Source: Candidatus Kaiserbacteria bacterium | GTDB lineage: Bacteria > Patescibacteriota > Minisyncoccia > Phycocordibacterales > UBA918 | Direction: 5' to 3' | NCBI GenBank assembly: GCA_019634005.1 | Contig: JAHQWD010000003.1 | Coordinates: forward strand, 304,539-368,538 | DNA: 64,000 bases | Shown here: positions 21,216 through 30,138 of the stretch, in pieces | Layout: each line of letters starts with the position of its first letter | Numbering within the stretch: the stretch's first letter is position 1 | Notes under the pieces: generated by a model | What the model was told of the DNA's origin: nothing | The model's database searches: none | Seen by the model: only the letters and a program-made list of their open reading frames with translations | Program-made: the position numbers and the translations under genes

Positions 21216-24200
21216 TTACACTTCCTCACGCTTAAGGTCTACATCAAGTGAGAGACCTCGAAGCTGATTAACCAAGACATTGAACGCCGCTGGTGTGTAT
21301 GGATGACTAATCCGCTCACCACGAACGATTGCGTCAAAGGCTGCCGATCGACCTACAATATCGTCAGACTTAATCGTGAGCATCTCACGAAGCGTGTATG
21401 CCGCTCCGTATCCAAGCAGTGCCCACACCTCCATCTCTCCGAAGCGCTGTCCTCCGACCTGCGCACGTCCACCAAGTGGCTGCTGGGTAATGAGAGAGTA
21501 TGGACCAATAGAACGCATGTGAATCTTGTCCTCCACCATGTGGTGTAGTTTCAAGATGTACATGAATCCAACAGACGTCTTCTGCGCGAACTCTTCTCCC
21601 GTACGTCCATCACGAAGCCACATCTTTCCATCCTCTGAGAGTCCAGCTTCCTTGAGCTCCTTCTTAATCTCTGTCTCGCTTGCTCCTGCAAATGGTGGCA
21701 CGATTGCCTGGTATCCAAGCGTGTGTGCAGCCATACCAAGGTGTAACTCGAGAATCTGTCCGAGGTTCATACGAGATGGCACTCCAAGTGGAGTAAGGAG
21801 AATGTCGATTGGACGTCCATCCTCTGTGTACGGCATGTCTTCCTCTGGAAGAATACGTGAGATAACTCCCTTGTTACCGTGACGTCCTGCAAGCTTGTCT
21901 CCCACTGATACGTTACGTACCTGCGCGACCGTAATGTGGATACGCTTGATAACACCACTCTCAAGGTTGTCTCCTGCTTCACGTGAGAATACCTTAACCC
22001 CAATAACACGCCCCTGCTTTCCAGCCTCAAGACGAAGTGAAGTGTCTTTCACGTCTTTAGCCTTCTCTCCGAAGATAGAACGGAGGAGTCGCTCCTCTGG
22101 AGTCAGTTGTGTCTCACCCTTTGGTGTCACCTTACCTACGAGAATATCTCCTGGACGAATTTCTGCTCCGACACGGATGATTCCGTTCTCATCAAGGTTA
22201 CGAAGTTTCAGTTCTGATACATTCGGGATATCAGGTGTCGTTACTTCAGGTCCAAGCTTGGTGTCACGCACGGCGACCTCAAACTCTTCCATGTGGATGG
22301 TCGCAAACTTACTATCCTTTACCAGACGCTCTGAAATAATAATCGCGTCCTCGTAGTTTGCTCCACTCCAACTCATAAACGCGACAAGTGCATTCTGCCC
22401 TACTGCAATCTGCCCATTGTCTGTTGTAGAGGTATCAGCAAGAAGATCTCCTCGCTTTACCTTGTCTCCAACGGTCACTGCAGCACGATGATAGAATGCA
22501 GAGAAGTCATTCGTACGCTGGAATGACGTGAGTGGGTACTCATCTTTCTTTCCCTTCTTGTTTTTCACCACGATGTGACGAGCATCACATTCAATAACTT
22601 CTCCTGCCTCATGTGCAAAGATCACACGTCCTGTATCACGTGCAGCCATCTGCTCGATTCCAGTTCCGACAAGTGGCGCCTCCTGAATAACACATGGAGT
22701 CGCCTGCTTTTGCATGTTTGATCCCATGAGCGCACGGTTGGCGTCGTCATGATTGAGAAATGGAATCATTGAGGTCGCAACAGAGAATGCCTGGTTTGTT
22801 GCAATATCGATGTAGTCCACATCTTTCTTCGCAACTACCTTTGGCTCTCCACCACGACGTGCCTCCACCATAGACTGGGTGATCTTTCCAGACTCATCCA
22901 TTCGTGTTGCCGCGTGTGCAATGTTAAATGGCTCTTCTTCATGTGCATTGAGGTATACAATTTCTCCTGTCACTGTTCCTTTCTCTACCTTCGCGTAGGG
23001 GGTCTCGATGATACCGAAGCGGTTTACACGAGCATACATTGAGAGACGAAGGATGAGTCCAATGTTTGGTCCCTCAGGTGTGTGGATTGGACAAAGACGC
23101 CCGTAGTGAGAGGTATGTACGTCACGCACCTCAAACCCTGCACGTTCTCGGGTCAGTCCTCCTGGACCGAGTGCTGATACCGTACGAAGTCCCTCCACCT
23201 CAGCAAGGATGTTCTGCTGTTGCATGAACTGTGAAAGCTGGTTGGTGGTGAAGAACTCCTTGATAGTTGCCTGAAGTGGACGCGGATTTACCAACTGAAT
23301 TGGAAGTGACGTCTCTGCTTCAATAGTAGACATGCGATCCTGAATGTTTCGCTTCATACGCGTCATTCCCACACGAACACGCTGCTGGAGCATCTCGCCG
23401 AAGTACCGTACACGACGGAACCCGAGGTGATCGATATCATCTGCGAGTGATCCTGGAGTCTGATTGAGTTCAATAATGTGCTTGATGATAGCAACAACAT
23501 CCTCGAGAGACACGGTACGCTTCTCAACCGCCTTCGGTGTGGTTGGCAGTCCAAATCGTTCATTGAAGTGGTGGCGTCCGATCTCTGAAAGGTCGTAACG
23601 AGATTCATCAAAGATAGAGTAGATAAACTCTCGGGCATTCTCTACAGTTGCAAGGTCTCCATCACGAAGACGACGATATATCTCTAATACAGAGTCGTCA
23701 GTTGTTTCTGCAGGATCTTTCTCAAGCGTAGTCTTGAGCACTTCCTCTGCACCATCAACTCCTTTGAAGAGTTTTAGCATATCCTTATCACTCTCTACTC
23801 CAAGGACACGGAGAAGTGAAGAGATTGGGAACTTGCGCTTACGATCAATCTTTACGTAGATTGCTCCATCATGCTCTGACTCGATTTCAACCCATGCACC
23901 ACGTGCAGGGATGATCTTCGCACCAAAGAATGTCTTGCCTTTCTGCTCTTGTGATGTGAAGAAGATTCCGTACGAACGTGCAAGCTGTGGCACGATAACA
24001 CGCTCCACACCATTGATGATAAAGGTACCGTGTTCGGTCATAACGGGGATGTCTGCAAGGAATACTTCCTGATCCTTTGCACCACCGAAAGTTTTGTTCT
24101 TCAGTGTGATGTTCGCACGAACGGGTGCATCGTAGGTGAGCTTGTTCTCCTTTGCATGCTCTGGAGTACATTTCGGCTGCCCCACCTCATACTTGTTAAA

Positions 24201-24407
24201 GAGAAGCTCAAACTTCTTATCTGAGTAGTCTGCAATTGGAGAGAACTCCTGAAATACCTCCTTGAGCGCCTCTTCAATGAACCACTTATATGATTCACGC
24301 TGCGGCTCAATAAGATCTGGAAGATCTACCCGCGGCTGTCGGAAAGACTCGAATGTCTTCTTCGGCATCTGCCCAACAGTCTGCATTGTTGTGTCCTTTT
24401 TTGCCAT
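21216..24407 (-). CDS. rpoB: DNA-directed RNA polymerase subunit beta
   Basis: 1063 aa with conserved beta-subunit blocks (GDKLAGRHGNKGV and others). Immediately upstream of rpoC. Confidence 0.95.
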   Translation of the reverse strand: MAKKDTTMQTVGQMPKKTFESFRQPRVDLPDLIEPQRESYKWFIEEALKEVFQEFSPIADYSDKKFELLFNKYEVGQPKCTPEHAKENKLTYDAPVRANITLKNKTFGGAKDQEVFLADIPVMTEHGTFIINGVERVIVPQLARSYGIFFTSQEQKGKTFFGAKIIPARGAWVEIESEHDGAIYVKIDRKRKFPISSLLRVLGVESDKDMLKLFKGVDGAEEVLKTTLEKDPAETTDDSVLEIYRRLRDGDLATVENAREFIYSIFDESRYDLSEIGRHHFNERFGLPTTPKAVEKRTVSLEDVVAIIKHIIELNQTPGSLADDIDHLGFRRVRYFGEMLQQRVRVGMTRMKRNIQDRMSTIEAETSLPIQLVNPRPLQATIKEFFTTNQLSQFMQQQNILAEVEGLRTVSALGPGGLTRERAGFEVRDVHTSHYGRLCPIHTPEGPNIGLILRLSMYARVNRFGIIETPYAKVEKGTVTGEIVYLNAHEEEPFNIAHAATRMDESGKITQSMVEARRGGEPKVVAKKDVDYIDIATNQAFSVATSMIPFLNHDDANRALMGSNMQKQATPCVIQEAPLVGTGIEQMAARDTGRVIFAHEAGEVIECDARHIVVKNKKGKKDEYPLTSFQRTNDFSAFYHRAAVTVGDKVKRGDLLADTSTTDNGQIAVGQNALVAFMSWSGANYEDAIIISERLVKDSKFATIHMEEFEVAVRDTKLGPEVTTPDIPNVSELKLRNLDENGIIRVGAEIRPGDILVGKVTPKGETQLTPEERLLRSIFGEKAKDVKDTSLRLEAGKQGRVIGVKVFSREAGDNLESGVIKRIHITVAQVRNVSVGDKLAGRHGNKGVISRILPEEDMPYTEDGRPIDILLTPLGVPSRMNLGQILELHLGMAAHTLGYQAIVPPFAGASETEIKKELKEAGLSEDGKMWLRDGRTGEEFAQKTSVGFMYILKLHHMVEDKIHMRSIGPYSLITQQPLGGRAQVGGQRFGEMEVWALLGYGAAYTLREMLTIKSDDIVGRSAAFDAIVRGERISHPYTPAAFNVLVNQLRGLSLDVDLKREEV

Positions 24408-24577
24408 TATCTATCGCTTAAACTGAAAATGCTCACCCTATAACGCAAAAACCGCGTCAAAAGACGCGCTGACCGTTTACCACACTAGACGGTTCGTGCT
24501 TGCATTAAATATCGTGATGAATTGAAAACCTCCAAAAACCCTCTTCCCGAAACTCAATCGATGGATTTAGTACCAAG

Positions 24578-24606
24578 AGTCTAACGTGATTGCGTAAAAT
24601 CGTCAA
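24578..24606 (-). promoter_or_regulatory. Putative sigma-70 promoter for rpoB (TTGACG-17-TAGACT), giving a roughly 165-nt leader
   Basis: Minus-strand TTGACG (24606-24601), 17-nt spacer, TAGACT (24583-24578). The leader holds a small hairpin CGCGUC-UUUU-GACGCG plus U5 about 45 nt before the ATG. Confidence 0.3.
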
Positions 24607-24624
24607 CCGGTCAAGAGAGGATTG

Positions 24625-24672
24625 TGGGTAAAGAAAACACCCCGCCAAAGGCAAGGTGCCTTTGGCGGGGTT
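24625..24672. terminator. Rho-independent terminator after the 300-aa hypothetical gene
   Basis: CCCCGCCAAAGG-CAAG/CACC-CCTTTGGCGGGG hairpin with a T-run on the minus strand. Confidence 0.7.
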
Positions 24673-24679
24673 TGTGCTT

Positions 24680-25582
24680 TTACTTCGGGAACGGAATGAA
24701 GAGCAGTTCTTGATGTTCATACCGGCTTACGAAGACACCCATCGGGTGCAACCCCAAGGGATCGGACCAGGTACAACCTGAGACGGTGTTGAACGGGACA
24801 CCCATGATCGAGAATCTTATGGCATATTCACGATCGTTGAGCTTGATCTCTTCAGCTGAAATCACACCCAGTTCCGGATGGAACATGACATCACCGCCCT
24901 CAGTATATGCCTGCGAGTTGAACGAATGCTTCAACCCGCCAGTGAAGTCCATGACGACAACATCACCGGTATCACAGTGAAGAATGATGCCGTCCTTGTA
25001 GCCGAAGATGCCGTCGTCTTCAAGGTCCGGACGATACCATTCGTCCCCACCGAAGCTGAATGTTTCTGGGAGCGTAAAGATATACCCATCATTGAGCCAG
25101 ACCTTCCCGCTTTCATCATAATCAATGATGATACAGCCATCGTACGCAGGTGCAAGATGGTGCCGTTCGTCATACTTTGAAGTGAGCAACCGATTACCGT
25201 TCGGCGTCACCAGATGAACTTCATTTGTGGAAATCACCAGGATGCCTTGCGGATGAGGAATGCACTGACCAGGCCCCTCATAGAGCAATTTTCCGTTCAA
25301 TAAACACCGACGGCCGGTCTCGGTGGCTTCATACGTGAGGAAACCGAGAAGGTTTTGCTCACGACCAACGTGACAATGTCCTTCCTCCTCATAAAGAAGT
25401 TCCATGCCATTCAATAGAAGCCTCCTTCCTTCACAAGCAAGTACGTAGCCTTCCTGGTGCGGAGCGAAGTCCACCCGCTCACCGTGCCCCATACTGGGAT
25501 TTGCGACGATGACATCGCCATCTTGGTATTGTTCGAGAAGCTCACTGAAAGAACCCTCAGCGATTGATCTTACAAGTTTCAT
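24680..25582 (-). CDS. Hypothetical protein (300 aa) with internal repeats
   Basis: No recognisable domain. Internal repeats LLLNGMELLYEEEGHC and CLLNGKLLYEGPGQC. Strong SD AAAGGAGGG 9 nt upstream of the ATG, unlike the leaderless neighbours. GC about 52-53% in hand-counted samples. Confidence 0.5.
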   Translation of the reverse strand: MKLVRSIAEGSFSELLEQYQDGDVIVANPSMGHGERVDFAPHQEGYVLACEGRRLLLNGMELLYEEEGHCHVGREQNLLGFLTYEATETGRRCLLNGKLLYEGPGQCIPHPQGILVISTNEVHLVTPNGNRLLTSKYDERHHLAPAYDGCIIIDYDESGKVWLNDGYIFTLPETFSFGGDEWYRPDLEDDGIFGYKDGIILHCDTGDVVVMDFTGGLKHSFNSQAYTEGGDVMFHPELGVISAEEIKLNDREYAIRFSIMGVPFNTVSGCTWSDPLGLHPMGVFVSRYEHQELLFIPFPK

Positions 25583-25629
25583 TTCCTAGCCCTCCTTTGT
25601 GCTAGTTTTTAACCTTCAACCTAAAGACG

Positions 25630-25658
25630 AAGATACAATAAAATATTGTATCGGTCAA
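25630..25658 (-). promoter_or_regulatory. Putative promoter (TTGACC-17-TATCTT) overlapped by a perfect dyad GATACAAT-AAAAT-ATTGTATC
   Basis: Seen directly on the sequence. The 8-bp inverted repeat at 25632-25652 spans the spacer and -10 of the promoter for the 300-aa gene, making it a candidate repressor operator. Confidence 0.35.
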
Positions 25659-26323
25659 CCCTTCTTCCTCCTCCACTCCTCTATCTTCTTGTGATTCCCC
25701 TCTACCAATACCTTTGGTACTTTATACTTCCTTCCTTTATATTCCAAAACCTCAGGACGTGTATACATCTCTCCACTTGAAACACGCTCTTCCTCGAGAG
25801 ACTCAAAAGTACCAAGCACCCCTGGGATCTGACGTGACACAGAGTCTACGACAGAAAGCACAGGAAGCTCTCCTCCTGTGAGCACATAATCCCCTACTGA
25901 AACCTCTTCTGCCTTGAGTGCTTTCTTCACACGTGCATCAATTCCTTCGTAGCGACCACTGATTAACACGAGATGCTTATATTTCTTGGCAAGATTCTTT
26001 GCCATCTTTGTATCAAACTTCTTTCCACGTGGCGCCATGATAAGCACCTTCACATCTTTCTTTCGTCCAATGGCTTTCTGTGTGGCTTTCAGTACAGGCT
26101 CTGCCGCCATAACCATACCAGGACCACCTCCATACGGTCGATCATCTACCTTCTTATGTTTTCCTTTTGCGTAATCTCGTGGGTTGTAATATGAGACTTC
26201 TATCTTTTTTCCACGACTCTTTGCCCCCTTTCCTTTCTCCGTTTTCTGCGCACGACCTAAAACACTGGCGTCTGTGTACGCCTTACATACTTCAGGAAAC
26301 AGTGTGACGATATGAAAATGCAT
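25655..26323 (-). CDS. trmD: tRNA (guanine37-N1)-methyltransferase TrmD
   Basis: MHFHIVTLFPE N-terminus, VDDRPYGGGPGMVM and LTGGELPVLSVVDSVSRQIPGVLG motifs. Contains a roughly 20-aa Lys-rich insertion. Confidence 0.85.
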   Translation of the reverse strand: MHFHIVTLFPEVCKAYTDASVLGRAQKTEKGKGAKSRGKKIEVSYYNPRDYAKGKHKKVDDRPYGGGPGMVMAAEPVLKATQKAIGRKKDVKVLIMAPRGKKFDTKMAKNLAKKYKHLVLISGRYEGIDARVKKALKAEEVSVGDYVLTGGELPVLSVVDSVSRQIPGVLGTFESLEEERVSSGEMYTRPEVLEYKGRKYKVPKVLVEGNHKKIEEWRRKKG

Positions 26324-26326
26324 GTT

Positions 26327-26812
26327 CTATGTAATTAACTCATCTCGTAACTTCATCCAGATCTTACCCATACGATTCTCTCCTTTACTACCATCCTTAG
26401 TCATGCCCCAGTATGTATCAGGAGCATAGACCTTATGGAGCTCCCTATCTCCCGACGCCTTAAGGAGCACTCCAATATCTGGATGTTGTGCAAGCTTTGC
26501 ACGAAACAATACTTCCATAACCGTATCTTTATCGTAGTCCTGTACTGCAAGATCTGGATCATTCTTATATTTCTGTCCAATACGCCATGCATCCATAGGA
26601 CTAGGAGCATGCTTTATCTCATCACGTTCTGGTCCAGATTTGATCCGTGATGCTTGGTACGCATGTTCTACGGTCGGGAATACCTCGTCCCATATCTCAA
26701 TACGGTGTGCAGAAAATGGAGAAAGGTATGTAAATATATCCTCCACAAAATTAATAGGTTCCTTAGATTCAGGATCAAAACCCTCTCTCATATATAGATC
26801 TCCCATATACAT
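26327..26812 (-). CDS. NADAR-domain (YbiA/DUF1768) N-glycosidase family protein
   Basis: Aligns block by block with E. coli YbiA. FSNFA region matches SPFSAHRIEI...TVEHAYQASRI. SSPMVAARMG matches SPMDAWRIGQ. KFEQH...LVEHTENDAYWGDGG matches KLAQHPDIGVLLKASGDRELHKVYAPDTYWGMTKDGSKGENRMG. Confidence 0.7.
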   Translation of the reverse strand: MYMGDLYMREGFDPESKEPINFVEDIFTYLSPFSAHRIEIWDEVFPTVEHAYQASRIKSGPERDEIKHAPSPMDAWRIGQKYKNDPDLAVQDYDKDTVMEVLFRAKLAQHPDIGVLLKASGDRELHKVYAPDTYWGMTKDGSKGENRMGKIWMKLRDELIT

Positions 26813-26829
26813 AATTGGAGTCTAGCATA

Positions 26830-26862
26830 CAAAAACACAGCAGTCCCCTGCTGTGTTTTTGT
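26830..26862. terminator. Bidirectional terminator between the KH-protein gene and the NADAR gene
   Basis: AACACAGCAG-TCCC-CTGCTGTGTT hairpin flanked by A5/T5. Confidence 0.7.
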
Positions 26863-26876
26863 AAAGATATTTAAAT

Positions 26877-27161
26877 CTATGCTTCGTCGCTTCCAGAGAC
26901 CACCACACCACGTCCTCCTTCTGGCTCATTAATCTTGAGATTTACTCGAGCATCATGTTTCATGCCCACGACGCGGAGTAACGTTCGGATTGCTTTGGCG
27001 GTATTTCCAGAGCGTCCGATAATCTTCCCCATGTCCTCGGCATGTACATCAAGCGTAAGCAATACACCCATCTCATCAACGGTACGATCTACCTTTACAT
27101 CCTCAGGATGGTCTACTAATGCTTTCACGAGATTCTCAAGGAATTGCTGATCTTCTTGCAT
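26877..27161 (-). CDS. KH-domain RNA-binding protein (YlqC/UPF0109-like)
   Basis: GKIIGRSGNTAKAIRTLL KH motif. 94 aa. Lies downstream of rpsP, as in many bacteria. Confidence 0.7.
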   Translation of the reverse strand: MQEDQQFLENLVKALVDHPEDVKVDRTVDEMGVLLTLDVHAEDMGKIIGRSGNTAKAIRTLLRVVGMKHDARVNLKINEPEGGRGVVVSGSDEA

Positions 27162-27301
27162 GGTATTTGTTGTTGTATTGCTGTTATTGCTACTAGGCGA
27201 GGCCGCAACAACTTCGCGTTACTTTTATAATAGAAAAGTACACCCTATACGTCAACGGACGCATGGGCAAACCATGCGTCCGTTTTATATGAGAAAGTGA
27301 G

Positions 27302-27799
27302 TTACTCTGCCTTCTCCTCTTCTTTTGGAGTCTCTTCCGAAGATTCCTCAGCAGGAGTTTCCTCCTCTGTTGGCTTTTCTTCTTCAGCAGGAGCCTCTTC
27401 CTCCTTTGGCTCCTCTGCTGGAGTTTCCTCTGGAGTAGACTCTTCTGCAGGAGTTTCCTCAGCTGGCGCCTCATCAGTAGACTCCTCTGCTGTTGGTGCT
27501 TCTTCCTCAGGCTGCTCACTAATAATTGGAGATTTCTTAGGAAGTACGTTTACTGCCTTCCCTTCAATCACTCCGTTCTTGACCAGAAGGTTGTGTACCG
27601 TATCAGATACCTGTACTCCCTTTGCGATCCAATCCTTGGCTTTATCACCGTCAATCTGGAACTGGTTCAACTTTGGATTGTATGAGCCAATCAGATCTAC
27701 GTGCTTGCCGCTTTTTGGACCGCGACGAGAGTCAGTTACTACAACACGGAACGACGCATCGTTCTTCCGACCTGTTCTTTGTAATCGCATTTTTAGCAT
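27302..27799 (-). CDS. rpsP: 30S ribosomal protein S16 with a roughly 75-aa acidic (E/P/A/T-rich) C-terminal extension
   Basis: MLKMRLQRTGRKNDASFRVVVTDSRRGPKSGKHVDLIGSYNP matches the S16 core. The tail is PEEEAPTAEESTDEAPAEETPAEE... Start at ATG 27799. The longer ORF starts at 27835. Confidence 0.85.
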   Translation of the reverse strand: MLKMRLQRTGRKNDASFRVVVTDSRRGPKSGKHVDLIGSYNPKLNQFQIDGDKAKDWIAKGVQVSDTVHNLLVKNGVIEGKAVNVLPKKSPIISEQPEEEAPTAEESTDEAPAEETPAEESTPEETPAEEPKEEEAPAEEEKPTEEETPAEESSEETPKEEEKAE

Positions 27800-27864
27800 G
27801 ACCGAGAGAATACCAGATACAGGGCACATGGTCAACTGGTAGTCAGCATGTTATAGTCACGTCA

Positions 27865-29787
27865 ATGCAAGAAAAAGAACTGGAGGGAGTCATCGCAATC
27901 CGAGGCAAAGGCTTCGGTTTTGTTAACATCCCCGACCAAGAGGACGATATCTACATTCCCGTAGAAGAAACGGGCACCGCACTTGATACCGACGTCGTGC
28001 GTATTTCAGTCAGTCCCGCAAAAGACGGCAAGCGCGCCGAAGGGCGTGTGCTTGAGATTATCTCCCGTGGACACGAAGAGCTCATTGGCGTGGTAGAAAA
28101 GGACGGAGAGAACTATATATTGAATCCAGACAACAGACGTATCCACATAAAACCGATACTTCCGTCTGCAACCCAGACTGATGAAGGTATGAAGGTGGCC
28201 GCCACCCTTGATGCGTGGACAGACCGAGAAAAAACACCGACTGCACAGATTGTCGATACCCTTGGTGTTGCGGGACAACACGAGACAGAAATGCAAGCCA
28301 TTATCCGCAGTGGTGGATTCTCTGAAGACTTCCCTCGTGAAGTGCAGGATGCTGCACAAGAACTCCATAAGAATCAGGCACAGATTTTCGCTGACGCAGA
28401 AAAAGATCCAAAGCGTCGTGATATGCGTGGCACCACTACCATGACCATCGATCCTGCGGACGCAAAGGACTTTGATGACGCACTCTCTTTCGAGATGCTT
28501 CCAAATGGAAATCGCGAAATCGGTATCCATATTGCAGACGTGTCACATTACGTAACTGAAGGAGATCCACTTGATGTAGAGGCGGCAGAACGAGGTACTT
28601 CTATTTACCTTGTAGACCGTGTGATTCCCATGCTTCCAGAGATTCTTTCAAATGACCTCTGTTCCCTACGCCCAGATGAGGACCGTCTCGCGTTCTCTGC
28701 TGTTTTTGAGATCAATGAACATGGAAAGGTCGTCGACGAGTGGTACGGACAGACACTGATCCATTCAGATAAGCGATTCTCTTATGAAGATGCGCAGAAG
28801 GTACTTGATGACGATGAAGGAGAATATCATGAGGAACTCTCAGAGATGATGCGTCTTGCACGTATTATCCGCAAAGCACGGTATGCAGCAGGAGCTATTG
28901 CGTTTGAGCAGCCCGAGGTACGCTTTGAGCTTGATGATGCAGGAAAGCCTGTCCGTGTGTACACCAAGGAGCGTACCGAGACCATGCTTATGATCGAGGA
29001 CTACATGCTTCTTGCAAACCAAAGCGTCTCTACATTCATCAACGAGCTCTCAAAGAAAAATGGGAAGGACGCTGCATTCATCTATCGTATCCACGACATG
29101 CCAGACGCGGAGCGTATTGAGGAACTCGCGATTTTCCTCAAAGCACTTGGATACGAACTTAAGACACATAAAGGTGTCGTAGAGGCAAAGGATATAAATA
29201 AGCTCATGAAGGAAGTTGAAGGAACTCCCGAAGAAGCACTCATTAAGACCGCAACCATCCGCTCTATGGCGAAAGCAATCTACTCTACCAAGAACATTGG
29301 CCACTTTGGTCTTGCATTTAAATACTACTCTCACTTCACCTCTCCAATCCGTCGTTACCCAGATCTTATGGCACACCGTTTGCTTCGAAAGCATCTCGAT
29401 AATTCTCCAATCTCTGGAAGAGAGAAGACACGATACGAAAAACTCTCTGTGCAATCTTCAGAGCGTGAGCTCAATGCAGTACGCGCAGAGCGAGACTCTA
29501 TTAAATACAAGCAGGTGGAATACATGCTTGATAAAGTGGGACAAGAGTTTGATGGAACCGTTACAGGTGTCTCAGATTGGGGTATCTACGTACAGGATAA
29601 TGAATCCCGAGCGGAAGGTATGGTACGACTCTCTGAAATTAAAGGAGACTACTTTGAGCACGAAGCAAGCAAGTACCGTATCAAGGGACAAAAGACTGGA
29701 AAATCGTACCAACTTGGAGATGAGGTGCGTATCAAGCTTGTAAAAGCAGATATGGAGGAGAAAAATCTCGATTTCGTGCTTGTGTAA
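27865..29787 (+). CDS. rnr: Ribonuclease R (RNB-family 3'-5' exoribonuclease)
   Basis: 640 aa. N-terminal cold-shock-like domain (GFGFV), RNB catalytic domain (MTIDPADAKDFDDALS) and a C-terminal S1 domain. TGTTATAGT extended -10 sits 8 nt upstream of the ATG. Confidence 0.85.
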   Translation: MQEKELEGVIAIRGKGFGFVNIPDQEDDIYIPVEETGTALDTDVVRISVSPAKDGKRAEGRVLEIISRGHEELIGVVEKDGENYILNPDNRRIHIKPILPSATQTDEGMKVAATLDAWTDREKTPTAQIVDTLGVAGQHETEMQAIIRSGGFSEDFPREVQDAAQELHKNQAQIFADAEKDPKRRDMRGTTTMTIDPADAKDFDDALSFEMLPNGNREIGIHIADVSHYVTEGDPLDVEAAERGTSIYLVDRVIPMLPEILSNDLCSLRPDEDRLAFSAVFEINEHGKVVDEWYGQTLIHSDKRFSYEDAQKVLDDDEGEYHEELSEMMRLARIIRKARYAAGAIAFEQPEVRFELDDAGKPVRVYTKERTETMLMIEDYMLLANQSVSTFINELSKKNGKDAAFIYRIHDMPDAERIEELAIFLKALGYELKTHKGVVEAKDINKLMKEVEGTPEEALIKTATIRSMAKAIYSTKNIGHFGLAFKYYSHFTSPIRRYPDLMAHRLLRKHLDNSPISGREKTRYEKLSVQSSERELNAVRAERDSIKYKQVEYMLDKVGQEFDGTVTGVSDWGIYVQDNESRAEGMVRLSEIKGDYFEHEASKYRIKGQKTGKSYQLGDEVRIKLVKADMEEKNLDFVLV

Positions 29788-29833
29788 AATAGTGGTATAG
29801 TGCGGCAGTTCGACAACCATAGGGAGAGATTCC

Positions 29834-30100
29834 ATGTTTGATCGGGACGGGACGCGGGCTTGCCCAGTTTATAAGGGTGAGACGCACAGGTACAGACTGT
29901 ACCTCCATGCGCGCAAGGAACGCGATCTTGATACATACTATAAAAGACTGCTACGCAATCACCCTCTTCTGAATATCACCTTGAAGGAGAGGGCAAGTGC
30001 CCAAAGGCAAGAATTCTTGCTTACGGCAACGCACGCAGAGATGTGTATGCTCACCAAGAATCTTCCTGAAGATATTTGGGAAGCGTGGGAAGAAATCTAG
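29834..30100 (+). CDS. Hypothetical small protein (88 aa)
   Basis: ORF with an upstream TATAGT box, a purine-rich GGGAGAG 8 nt before the ATG, and its own terminator immediately after the stop. No domain recognised. Confidence 0.35.
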   Translation: MFDRDGTRACPVYKGETHRYRLYLHARKERDLDTYYKRLLRNHPLLNITLKERASAQRQEFLLTATHAEMCMLTKNLPEDIWEAWEEI

Positions 30101-30138
30101 TGGTTCGCATATATCCTGTGCGGACCACTCTTTATTTT
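30098..30138. terminator. Rho-independent terminator (88-aa ORF / SMC convergent)
   Basis: GTGGTTCGCA-TATATCCTG-TGCGGACCAC hairpin followed by TCTTTATTTT. Confidence 0.6.

Noticed and set aside
27297-27842. 181-aa Ser/Gly-rich plus-strand ORF and 108-aa minus ORF at 27193-27519
   Set aside because: They are the antisense and alternate-frame reads of the acidic S16 tail. The rpsP call in the other frame has unambiguous homology.
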